This document shows, piece by piece, positions 53,701 through 64,000 of a DNA stretch of 64,000 nucleotides (position 1 is the first letter of the stretch; every line of letters starts with the position of its first letter). Source of the DNA: Bugula neritina. Its lineage: Eukaryota; Animalia; Bryozoa. The notes below the pieces were generated by a model. It saw only the letters and a program-made list of their open reading frames with translations. It made no database searches and had not been told where the DNA came from. The DNA is taken from contig OZ037766.1 in NCBI GenBank assembly GCA_964035545.1, forward strand, positions 14,932,722 through 14,996,721. Reading direction: 5' to 3'. The translations under genes were made by a program, and so were the position numbers.

Positions 53701-56700
53701 CAATGAAAGTCAGCAATAATCACTATAAGTTTTATAATACAATGGGATTCCATAGATAAGAGGAAATGTCATCTGCAAGCAATCTCATTGGTTGGGTATA
53801 GGAACAGTCTGTAGGTAATAGCTAAAGCTTCATGTACACAGGCCGATTTTTCATGAAAATCGGCGATAAACTGTTAGCGATTTTTTAGGATTTTTAAAAA
53901 ATCGGCCGATTTTGCTTTTGGCCGATTTTGCTTTTGGCCGATTTTTGAAGCGATTTTCAGAATTGAACATGTTCAATTTATCGGCGATTTTCTGTTGAAC
54001 CAGCCAATCAAAAGTTGGCAGAAAATTATGACAGCGAGCGAAGTTAACACCATGCATGGTTTAAATACAACCAGAAAGTAATTAATACGTTGCTATTACT
54101 ACCATACATCATTTATGAAATACAATTAATTAAAATAACTATCAATAGCAGCAGTAATAATGACATGGTTCGAACCCCAGTACAGGCCATTGGTGATGTT
54201 AGTAAGAGCATCCAGTCCTAATTGCTCCTGTGCCTCATCTGAATAAGTCCTTAGCCTTAGCCCATTTAACAAAAACCCTTTCCATCAGGGGCTTCTCACA
54301 GGGATGGTGACTATAAACCTCCGTGAGTTTTTATATGCAGTATTTGAGCTCCATTCTAACATACTTCAATTGAGAAATGCCCCCTAAACGCAACATTTAT
54401 TCAGGGTTTAGACTTTAGGTAAACCTTTTGCTATCTGCAGTAAACTGTGGCTGCTAGTGCTTGTTGCAGCTCTGTGCATTTTGTCAAATTCTAAGGACTG
54501 TAATTTACTTCTTCACTAAAGACACGACCGCATGTAACAATTGACAGATCAGTGTTCTATTATAATATTATCCAATTGATTAATAGTTGAACTACGTGCC
54601 CTAGTGCACACTGTGCAGTCTACATGAGTAGATCACGTAGCACAGTAGCAGATATCACCAGCTTGTCTCGTCTAGTCAGTCTACTGTCTCAGTTAAACTA
54701 CTAGTCAACTATGCACCGCTGCTCAGTTCATTACCAACTGATGTTCTCTATTATAGTAGTAATTATTGTTAGACATGTCTAGGCTAGCTAATCAGTCACC
54801 ATTACCACAGCTGTACATATAGTTCCATGTGTTGTAGGCCAACAGCTCTACTGGTAGCTTCGACCAACAAGGCCATAGATACACTGGCCAGGCTCTGATT
54901 TGGACTGATGAAGATAAACAGTTGGTAAGTCACTTCATTCTAGTTATCTCTTCCATTTCACCGCTCTATAACTCAGGAGTTCATCTTCTTGTAACATATG
55001 TTCATCCAGAGCACAGCTCTTTACAAACTGCTGAGACATGATCATAACGCTCACTGCAAAGTGATAAGTAACAGCAGTAATTGCAATGTTATTTTCAATG
55101 AACATTTTGGTTGTTTCACCTCAGCTTTGGTGGAAATATTACTAACTATTGACCCATATACAAAGTCTAATATATGCTGGCATTGTCTGCACAAGTAGAA
55201 ACACCTCTCACAGTTAATTTGTTTCACAATGCTACAGCCCTGTGAAGTGTGAGTTGCATTTGCAAGTTAAATTTCTTCGTAAAGAAAACTTCAAAACCTC
55301 CCCTAAAACTGGTGCTAGTGACAACAGAAGAGTAAACATGTTATTGACAGATGTGATTATTCCTATGTGTTATGCATTCCATTATATATGCTCATTTTAT
55401 TGATGAATCAACTCAGCGGCCTACAAGTTGTATAGGCAACTCATTAACAGTGTAATGTTGATTGCTTTCATATTTTGCTGTAAACCTGATAGGTAACGGT
55501 AGTAAGTAGCTGAATAGGTTTTGACTTGTAATTTTACAAAGTTTAGTAAAGGTAACTTACACTGCAGGTTGTTGCTGCTTATTTAATTACTGACTTCAAA
55601 CTTAGCAAATTAATTTTAATTCCATAATCTGCTGCCCATGTTAGTGTATGCTGCCAATTTAAGTTCCTATCAAACCCAATACTAGCTAAATTATAAGAAA
55701 TTTATTTTATAAAAAGTATGTTATCAAAAACATTATAAAGCATTTTGGGCTAAGGAAACCAGTCCATTTTAATTGTGGTTCATCTTGCATATTCAGCAAC
55801 ATCTGGCTTAGCAGGTGTTTTTAAGTTGTTTACTCTAATTGACTGATCAGTTAGGTACTACAAATATTTGCCTGAAAAAATGCTTTCTCTACAAGGCTTA
55901 CTGTAAATGCAAGTGTCTAGTGAAAATGTTTTCTCAGATTATTTTGAACATATGATAAGTTCATCTAACCTGAGTTCTGATTTTGTGCTAGCTAATCTCT
56001 ACTTCCTAGTGTGAACTGACATTGAAAGTGTTGGTAGACTGTGGAGTGTATGAGTTGTATGAGGTAGGTGAAGGTCATGTCACCATGCCAAGTATTAAGT
56101 CAGGCTAATAATAGATCTTTCAAATTGTTTTCAGGATGGAGCTGTTGGGGCAGACTTAGACAAGCTTCAGATTGAAGATATTGGTGAGTTCTGACTCAGC
56201 AGTCGATTGTTGCTTATTTTTGATGTTATTTCATTTAATTATCAATATACTATCATTTATTATTATAGATAGAATTTTAATAAAATACTGGAACTGAAAA
56301 AATATCTTGCTAAAATGCAATTTCGGGTAAATCAAACAATTATCAATTTTTTTAATGAAATACGTCTAGTTTTAAATTTTTTCATTAAATGTTGCTAGAT
56401 TTAACATTTTAGCTAAATTAATATTTTAAAAAATGGCTTTAATGGGCGGAGATACGGTTCACTGGATAGCTGAAAAGTTTTAAAAGATAATTTTTGAAAT
56501 ACTTCACTAAATTTTGGAAAGCTGAAATGCTTAAATTTTTAAGTATTTCTATGCTTAGAAAAGTGCTATAGCTTCATAACTTTAAAGTATGGAACTGTGG
56601 CGAATGTTGGTTCTATAACATACAATCTATTTATATATTGTAGAGGAGAATGACCCACATGTTTTCAACAAATTTATGAGAGCTCACAAGTGCTACGATA

Positions 56701-59700
56701 TCATACCAAACAGTTCCAAACTTATTGTCTTTGACACATCACTAAGTGTAAGTATTCAACACATGGATGTAGGTGTTAAATGCTGAAGATTTTCTGATAG
56801 TTACTTTGATAAAAGTTTATCTATAAATAGTGATTTTTAACAATTACTGATTCGCACATGTGGTATTATAACCAAGGTACTCCGTGGCTAACAAGCCACA
56901 TCAGGCATTAGCTTTAGGAGTTGTTTTATTATGTAAATTTGAGTAAGCAGCTTCATCTATCCAATAAACACAAGAAAAGATAACTCTAAAGTTCTATGTC
57001 ATGAAGTAATCGATAATGCTATAGCTCTAACTTCAATTAACTTTTGTTCTTTTAGTTGGGTATGAGAGTTACATAATGTGAATATTCATTTGGAGGAAAA
57101 TTTTATGGTATTTTTATGTTATCAGAAGTTTCTGATGCACTTTTGGGATTATGTATAGTCATTACATACATATACAAACTATTGATGTTATGGTAGTTAT
57201 TTAGTTATTATTATACTTTGTATATTATATATAACATTGTTAGATATAGTTGTTATGTTTTGCACTTTTCCTTATAGGTGAAAAAAGCTTTTTATGCCCT
57301 CGTCTACAACTGTGTACGATCTGCTCCATTGTGGGACAACAAGGCTCAGCAGTTTGTGGGAATGCTTACCATAACAGACTTTATTTTGATTCTTCACAAA
57401 TACTACAAGTCCCCAGAGGTTAGTCTATCCAACTGCAGCCTGTACTCTGTACTGTAATTATGTGCTTCATCCCAAAAGAAGTTAATCAAAAACAAGTTTG
57501 TAGCCGCAGTAGTAGTACTATGTTGAGTGAGAATATTAATGGACGAACTTCTTTTAGAACCACTTACTGCATAGTCATGGCTGGCATCACTTTATGCAGG
57601 AGGAAAGGGTAGAAAACTCACAATAGTTTTATTGACCAATTAAATATTATACTATGTAGTTTTGATTGTGTGTTTTGGTCAACGTTTAGTAAATGATTTA
57701 TTACTAACCATTCTTGTTTTCATACAGCTGGGTCAACTCCACCTCTCATATAAAGCAAGTATACTTTAATGTCACGCAATGTTCTGCATGTTTCACCTTT
57801 CAAAGCTTTTAGCCTCCACATTAACTTGAGTTGAAGTCTTCAAAGACTACGGACTTTCAACCAACAGCTTAATGCTATCCATGCCTAAAATTTGTGTATA
57901 TGTTTTGAGTTGTAAACTTGCACCAGAGCCTCTTATCTGCGTGCTTCGGACCAGCTGCTTACACCTTGTGAAAGCCATGCTGATTTGGTGCTTTTGGTCT
58001 AATTCCTGTTTAAAAACAATTCAACCTGTTGACAGATGCTTCAAGTTAATTTTGTTGCCACGTTTGATTTGAGAGTTGAAAATATTACTGGCTTTATGCT
58101 ATTAAATCATGTTACCTAAAAATGTTTTTTTTTTCTATTTTAACAAATGATGTTTGTTAAAAATTTACTATATTATGCACTTTTGCATTCTGAAATGTTT
58201 TTAGTTATTATTTTCTCCACCCATTATGTTGCAAAGTGACTAGACTACTTTGTTAAACAGGCCAATTGCTATGAACAATCATTTGCGGTGAGTCAGCGAG
58301 CAGTGACTGATTTTGTTGTGGCTTTAATATGCCTGTTTTTCGCTAGTCGATGTGCCAATATTTCTCTCAGATGCTTTCTGCTCTGTAATTATATTGGCGC
58401 CAGAGTTATCTTCCCACAGATTGTTGATTTTTTCTAGAAAAGTCTTATTCTTAGAAATTTGCATTCATAACATATCTTTGATACTTCTCTGCTGGTGGAA
58501 CACACTGGAAATAATACATATATGTAACTGGCTTTGCTACTCAAATAGCAGGCTGCTAGTGTTCTACTAGTAGTCTACTGATTATTAGCAGACTATTAGC
58601 ACTTTTATAGCAGTTTACTAGCACTCTAATAGCAGTTTACTAGCACTTCAATAGCAGTCATCTAGTCCTTTAATAGCAGTTTACTAGCACTTCCAAAGGA
58701 GACTAATAGCATCTCACTAGCAGGTCTCATCATCTAGTTATTATCTCTACTTGATATTTCTTCTGTTGTGTGACAATTGAACTTTCCAAAGCTGCAAACC
58801 TTTTGGTTTTTGCTATCTAATTCTAGTGAAACACCAAATTTTACCCTTTTAATTACAACCTTTCTGTTCATTATGAAAGATCGATGGTTCAATGGTTTTA
58901 ACTGCTGATTAGCGTTGACAAACTTTAAATTAAATCAGCAAAAGCTTTCTTATTTTCTGCACCCGTTGATATGTGAAAAAGCTGCTGGTTTATTTTTAAA
59001 AAGTAATAATTTACAGAAAACTCACATCATTTAATGCTCTCCCTATTCTCCATTTATCACCCTGAAATATGTCCGTCTGTCTATTCTATCCAGGAAAAGA
59101 TGCAAGAGCTGGAGGAGCACATGATTAGCTCGTGGAGAAAGGAGTTATCTTCTCACTACAAATCGTTTATTAGCATATCACCTGAAGATAGTGTGCGTGC
59201 AGCTGTGCGAAAGCTTAGCAAACACAAGGTGCACAGGCTGCCAGTTGTTGACCCTCTCTCCGGCAATGCTGTCTACATTATGACACATAAACGCATCCTC
59301 AAATTTGTCCACATATTTGTAAGTTGTAACTCTAAGTTCTTGTCTAGTAATCAAATTGAAGTCTAACTTGTAACTCTGTAAATTTGCTAGGATGAATTAC
59401 CGCACCATGTAGGACTAGCATTGGCTGACCGATAGTATTTACTGTATTGTATGACTAGCCAGGACAGCTGGATATGTACTTTAGAAGTTGTCTTCTCATC
59501 GGGATTATGTTTTCTGAAAACTTTTCATCTGTTCACATGAGAATATTTTTAGTTTAGTATTTTTTTTACTTGAAGTAAAACAAGACAGACATTAACACTG
59601 TTTTTAAACTCAAGCTGACACCTGCAGATTTCTGCTTAAATCTTTCGGATCAAATAGTTCTGTTGATGTGATTTCAGATGAAGAATATTCCAAAGCCATC

Positions 59701-60938
59701 CTATGTTAACGATTCCATTCAATCACTGAATATTGGAACCTACGGCAGTATGCACAGTGTGAGTAGTAGCATAATACTGTATGTTACTGCATCAAATGCT
59801 ATTAGATTTTCTAATTTATTTATTGAATACAATAAGTATGCTAATTCCTGTAATATGCCCAACTTTCTCCATTATATTAAATGTTTTGTTTGTACATCTG
59901 CTTGTGATGGCATCTGTAGGTCTCGCTGGAAAGCAAAGTTATCGATGCTTTTGACATTTTTGTCAAGAGTCGAGTATCAGCTCTTCCTGTTGTCAACTCG
60001 GAGAATAAAGTTGTGAATATCTATGCAAGATTTGATGTCATCGTAAGTATTAGTCTGTGTCTCTCTATTATGGATGCTGTACTGTTTGATATGTGTCGTT
60101 AGCCACATCTCTGTATTGATGACCCGATTCTCTTTAAATTTTACAGCACTTGGCTGCCAACAAATCTTACAACAACTTAGATGTGTCCATAGAGGAAGCA
60201 TTGAAGTTCAGACCAACCGTAAGTAAATCATACTAATAAATAGGACAGCTATGTCATGCTTTTTATATTTATTTTTATGTTTCGTTTTTGTATTCTCATT
60301 AAACAAATGTGAAGCATTTTATGCTTGAATTTTGTACATGTGACTGTTGTCAAACTGATGTGTTTCTGCTTCAACTCGCAGTGACAATCTCCTACGTCTG
60401 TCTTTATGTCTGGTTATACCCGCTGGGGAGGAAAGAGCCTCTCATCGTGACAACTCATTGTATTCATATATTTTACAGAAAACTGAACACGTGATCACTT
60501 GCTACCCGACCGACTCGCTGGGAAAGGTTATCGAAAAGATAGTCAAGGCAGGGGTATGTAGTGTAATGTCTTATTGAATACATGATCTCCGTTACATGTA
60601 TTGTCTTAGCAAATAACTGTAATGTTGAAGTGCAAAAGCAGCAAATCTAAATTGCAGATAAAGCTAGTATGTATTGCAGCTCACTGACTGTTTCATATCC
60701 CTCAATGTTATCACTAGTGCACATGGCAATGTTACCAACACTGTAGGTACACAGACTAGTGGTGACTAATACTGAGAACGAGCTGATGGGAGTTGTCTCA
60801 CTAAGTGACATTCTTACTTTCTTGCTACAAGAAGACTCGGTCATGAGCAGTATGATGGAGGTCACTACCTGCAGCTCTGCTCTGACAGCCCCCGAGAAGA
60901 TGGCGATGTCACAGGCCACTATTGAAGCCACAGGGTAG
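28523..60938 (+). CDS. PRKAG: AMP-activated protein kinase gamma subunit (SNF4/PRKAG family, 4 CBS domains, long N-terminal extension)
   Basis: Shared exons 53055-53621, 54838-54924, 56135-56183, 56644-56747, 57278-57418, 59094-59318, 59678-59758, 59920-60042, 60147-60218, 60479-60553 and 60747-60938 join in frame (571 aa). Motifs: [99 protein letters not shown]. The 5' end at 28523 is inferred from phase compatibility; the CBS core 56644-60938 is the most secure part. Confidence 0.92.
29481..29531 (-). mobile_element. Fragment of the same SINE family
   Basis: Reverse complement CATCAGGGGTTCTCACAGGGGTGG matches CATCAGGGGCTTCTCACAGGGATGG in the 54167 copy. Confidence 0.55.
31010..31068 (+). 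mobile_element. Possible 3' end of a Helentron/DINE-1-like element
   Basis: (CAGA)x4 followed by a short stem ACCCC...GGGGT. The support is weak. Confidence 0.25.
34794..35137 (-). mobile_element. hAT MITE, copy 2 (opposite orientation to 6935-7255)
   Basis: TIRs TAGGGGTGTCCAAC and GTTGGACAGCCCTG. Colinear reverse-complement similarity to copy 1 along its whole length. TSD is degenerate. Confidence 0.88.
36516..36569 (+). CDS. Candidate alternative first coding exon B of AMPK gamma ([18 protein letters not shown])
   Basis: AAAATGG start context and phase-0 donor AGA|gtgagc. Preceded by acceptor tttctctttatgtcag (36443) and an upstream donor gtaagt at 36219. Confidence 0.5.
38020..38078. repeat. 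(AT)n microsatellite
   Basis: Pure AT run. Confidence 0.97.
38205..38280. repeat. 15-bp minisatellite (TTGCTGTGCAGATGG)x5
   Basis: Five tandem units with two alternating variants. Confidence 0.85.
43220..43399 (+). CDS. Candidate alternative first coding exon C of AMPK gamma (60 aa)
   Basis: [20 protein letters not shown]...SGPSGDP ends at CCA|gtaagt in phase 0. It lies in a locally CpG-richer stretch (about 42650-43480). Confidence 0.72.
50130..52390. repeat. Second low-complexity NATA[CG]T-hexamer domain, including a (CTA)/(CCA)n trinucleotide array at 50521-50740
   Basis: AATAGT/AATACT/TATACT/CACACT runs at 50130-50350, 50740-51000 and 52226-52390, with unique islands between them. Confidence 0.8.
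53826..54062. mobile_element. Degenerate palindromic MITE-like element
   Basis: Repeated (GC/CC)GATTTT and AAAATCGGC motifs in both orientations, a perfect 18-bp palindrome AATTGAACATGTTCAATT at 53961-53978 and CpG content above the flanks. Ends are poorly defined. Confidence 0.55.
54167..54329 (+). mobile_element. tRNA-derived SINE, copy 2 (5'-truncated at the B-box)
   Basis: Starts GGTTCGAACCCC (B-box) and aligns to the reverse complement of 11819-11980. Confidence 0.75.
58575..58722. repeat. Degenerate 22-bp minisatellite (TAGCAGTTTACTAGCACTnnAA)n
   Basis: About six tandem units in an AMPK gamma intron. Confidence 0.75.
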
Positions 60939-61130
60939 ATGCGGCTTGGCTGATACTCCTAGTTGAGCTACACTTACATTACGTCTCTTTATTGGACATG
61001 TTTGTGTTAACTAACTTATTTTTTTATTCTACTTCAAAAAATTTCTTTATATAAATTTTGCTTGTTTTCTTAACTTGTTCCCACATTCATTTCTATATCA
61101 ACTACACTAATGGCATATTTATTAATGTAG

Positions 61131-61136
61131 AATAAA
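61131..61136 (+). terminator. Candidate polyadenylation signal of AMPK gamma
   Basis: AATAAA about 190 nt after the stop codon, followed by T/GT-rich sequence. Confidence 0.45.
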
Positions 61137-62242
61137 TTAAATTTTTGTGGTATCTATGTAAATCATTTAATTTTTACAATTTGTATTTTATGGAATTCAT
61201 TACACTATGTGTCACATTGTTGCTTTTGTAAATCAGAACTTTTGTGTGTTGTACTCTTGCATGTAACAAAATTCAAGTAAGATCTATCCAAATAGATCGA
61301 TGGGACACTTTTCTTTAATAAAGTTCGTTGAATATTGATTACAACATCATTGCAAAAATGTACCTTGGTTCTCAAACACTTAGAAATCTCACTTGCTTCA
61401 TATATAGCTTTAGGAGGCGTCAAGTATTGGTACAACATTTATTACATTCACAGAATGGTCATAGAATTTTTAAATATTTTGTTGAAATTTGTTGCAATTA
61501 GATGGTCAAACATAAATATCTGCTTTCCTATTTTTTTTTCCATTGGTAATCTGTGGAGCACATGAAAAATTTCCAAAAACAGATGTGTCAGAGAAAGCAT
61601 CGGAGCAATTAAGCCAAAAAAAGTTAGCAAAAAGACTTGGGTTGTCTACACTTGTTGTAGTTTTGATATCTATTTCACAATTCTTTGCTGCATATAAACA
61701 ATAAACAAATAAACTTATTTACCTGAAATTAACAAAATATATTTGAGCTTCGAAGTCGAAGGTATTCGTTATTCCAGCATATTTATTGTCTATATAAAAA
61801 ACTTTTACCATGCAGCTACTTTATACTGGTAGACATTATTATATAAGCACTGTAACCTCTTAAATGTATTTAATGTATTTTAACATGAAGTTATTACATT
61901 TGAAGAATAAATATGTGCCATTATGAAATCAAATAAATAGAGTTAAAACTATAGAAAAATATAGATATATGCATAATTTCAAATTAAAAATTCTAATAAA
62001 ATGAAATTGGTGCTGTGACCAAACTTTTTAGTTTTAATTACTTGTTTCAATTCCTTTAGCAAAAATTTTAGTTTTTCTCAAATTAGAACAGTTCACAATC
62101 AGACTTTGCAATAAAAGTTTTTATCTTAGCTTGATTTGCAATTAAGCTCCAAAATACCAATAAATTTTCATGTAGGTAAGAAAGTGTACACTTCACATAA
62201 ATTTCCTTTCCATATTTTATGATGTCGACTGTCATGTATATT

Positions 62243-63605
62243 TTAGGAAGTTGTAGTTTCTGTTAAAGTTTCTTTATTACCTACACTGGAATAAACTGGG
62301 TGTTCATATACAGTTTCATAGCTTTCATTGCTTAGGATTTTGTAAATCGTGCTGCGCCAATGTTCATAGTTTGCAAAGCTCGTTTTTATTACTTCGAGAA
62401 TGAACTGCTGTGGAAGAGATGTTACAGGAAAGTCAGAGAGGCTTTCCTTGGCTAATATTGCAGCATACTCATGCTGACTAAAGGGCATGATATGGTAGTC
62501 TTTGGGTCTTTTACCAAGATCAGTCACATGGCGCTTGTACCAATCATCATATTCATTCTTCATTTCCTACAAGAGACAAAAGTCTGCATACCAAATGATA
62601 TTTTACAAAACATCTCACCAATGGTGAAGTTTTAGTTTAGTATGCAAGTTCCCTATTGACATATCACTTGATAGACTGAAGGCCAAGTAAACTAGAAGAG
62701 AAGTTGAGATTAACTGCACATAAAACCCTACAAATCCTATTATAATATCTTTTTAAGGCAGAATTGTACAAATATTTTGTAATTGATTGTGCAGGTTGCT
62801 TGAGAATCTTTTACCAACATGCGATAGGCAACACTTTACCCTGGTAACTTAATCCTTCGGCAAAGGAGTAGCTGCCTTCAACTAATATTATAATCTAATG
62901 TAGTCGGCCATTTTCTATGTTAGAGCCATAGCTTTTGATATTACTTAATAGATAAAAACCGCTTTTTTCTTCTTCAAGACCTACACATAAATTGTGCTCG
63001 GATATACCTCCTAAAATGCTGAAAATTTTGAAACTTCATTGCAAGCTTGTTTTCACAGTAAATATTAAGGCTTTAGTTAGATATTACAAAAAGAAAATTA
63101 TAATTCATCTGAAAGATAGTAAATTAAAATGAAATTATGATCAATATTTAGGCTTTTATATTTTGGATAAATAATATTAATGAAACTATCTGCTGCTATT
63201 TTAATTATTTGGCCATTAGCTGCTACTTTAATACTTTATTTTAGAGGTCTAAAATACTACTTAATTAAATATCTGGCATTCATATTTCTTTTCATCCATA
63301 TCACTGCGAAAGACAAAATTACAATGGCACATTATTTTGATGTTTTTTTTATATAAAATGTAATGAAAGCTTTCCCTACAGACAATAAACTAACCTCTTT
63401 GCTGACTGGTGGAATTTTCTCAGAAATAAAAGCTGCAGCTAGTTCTGCCTGAAAGCTGAGTTGGTAGAGTGCCACAACAAGTGTGTTGAGTCCAATATAG
63501 TACAGACTTGGGTGATCAATATCTACCATCATTCTATAGATATTAGTCACATGACCATCCGTTACTGTTGGTCTGCATCTGTCACTTAGAAATGGGAAGT
63601 GATAC
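62243..63605 (-). CDS. Flavin-containing monooxygenase (invertebrate FMO / senecionine N-oxygenase-like), last two exons; 5' part lies outside the window
   Basis: Exon 63605-63395 (YHFPFLSDRCRPTVTDGHVTNIYRMMVDIDHPSLYYIGL...FQAELAAAFISEKIPPVSKE) is joined by a phase-0 GT-AG intron to exon 62566-62243 (EMKNEYDDW...KDYHIM...WRSTIYKILSNESY...*). The Y.FPFL, HP.L..IGL and SKEEM motifs occur in the order seen in FMO C-terminal halves. Confidence 0.8.
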
Positions 63606-64000
63606 CTAAAAGGATGGTAATGAAAGCGGGATTAAAAGGCAGAAAATTTGCAGGTAATTGTGTGACTGTCCACATATATGTAACACACAATTCCTCAGCA
63701 CATGGGCACATGGGCCTCAGCTTGAACGCTTATGTATTGTAGCAGTACAACAGCTCAAGTGTTAGAGAGCCATGCAAAAATCCTTTCATGCTAGGGAGAG
63801 GTTGGTGGAGTAGTGCTGTGGAGATTATTTTATTATCGACCTTTAAATTACACTAGCTGCCATAGATAGTTGAAAATGAAAAAAATATTTATCAGCTTAA
63901 AAATGATTGTATCTTATATACTAATAACTTGAATATATTTAAGCCACATAAATCGCTGCTGAACTGTTTAATCAATCGTTAATGGCATCTGAAATAGGAG

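Noticed and set aside
56644-60830. Possible altered nucleotide binding in the AMPK gamma CBS domains (e.g. NCVRSAP, YARFD)
   Set aside because: The key residues follow the canonical pattern (Asp in TITDF, FDVI and LSDI; Arg in THKRI; both HRL motifs), so the substitutions look like ordinary divergence.

Overview
AT-rich, intron-containing nuclear DNA from an animal, most likely an invertebrate; the species cannot be determined from sequence alone. It is not prokaryotic, and no CRISPR array, rRNA gene or intact tRNA gene was seen. Manual splicing supports five protein-coding genes: (1) an unrecognised basic 310-aa ORF with a single coding exon (1485-2417,+); (2) acyl-CoA thioesterase 13 / THEM2 (3 coding exons, 5697-3915,-); (3) nucleosome assembly protein 1-like (11 coding exons, 16176-26427,+, 390 aa, ending in a CaaX-like CKSQ); (4) AMPK gamma subunit (11 shared exons 53055-60938 plus three candidate phase-0 alternative first exons at 28523, 36516 and 43220,+); (5) the last two exons of a flavin-containing monooxygenase (63605-62243,-, truncated by the window edge). 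Non-coding DNA holds hAT-, Harbinger- and foldback-type MITEs, three copies of a tRNA-derived SINE, an inverted element pair and several minisatellites. Four observations stand out. A ~300-codon Ser/Arg-rich ORF in NAP1 intron 1 can splice in frame onto the NAP1 core. The AMPK gamma gene appears to have modular N-termini rich in kinase-site motifs. Two kb-scale low-complexity domains are built from a degenerate NATA[CG]T hexamer, with fold-back symmetry and CpG/CGCG islands, at positions where promoters would be expected. Palindrome-rich minisatellites abut two consecutive NAP1 splice acceptors. All are sequence-based hypotheses; none is a demonstrated new system.
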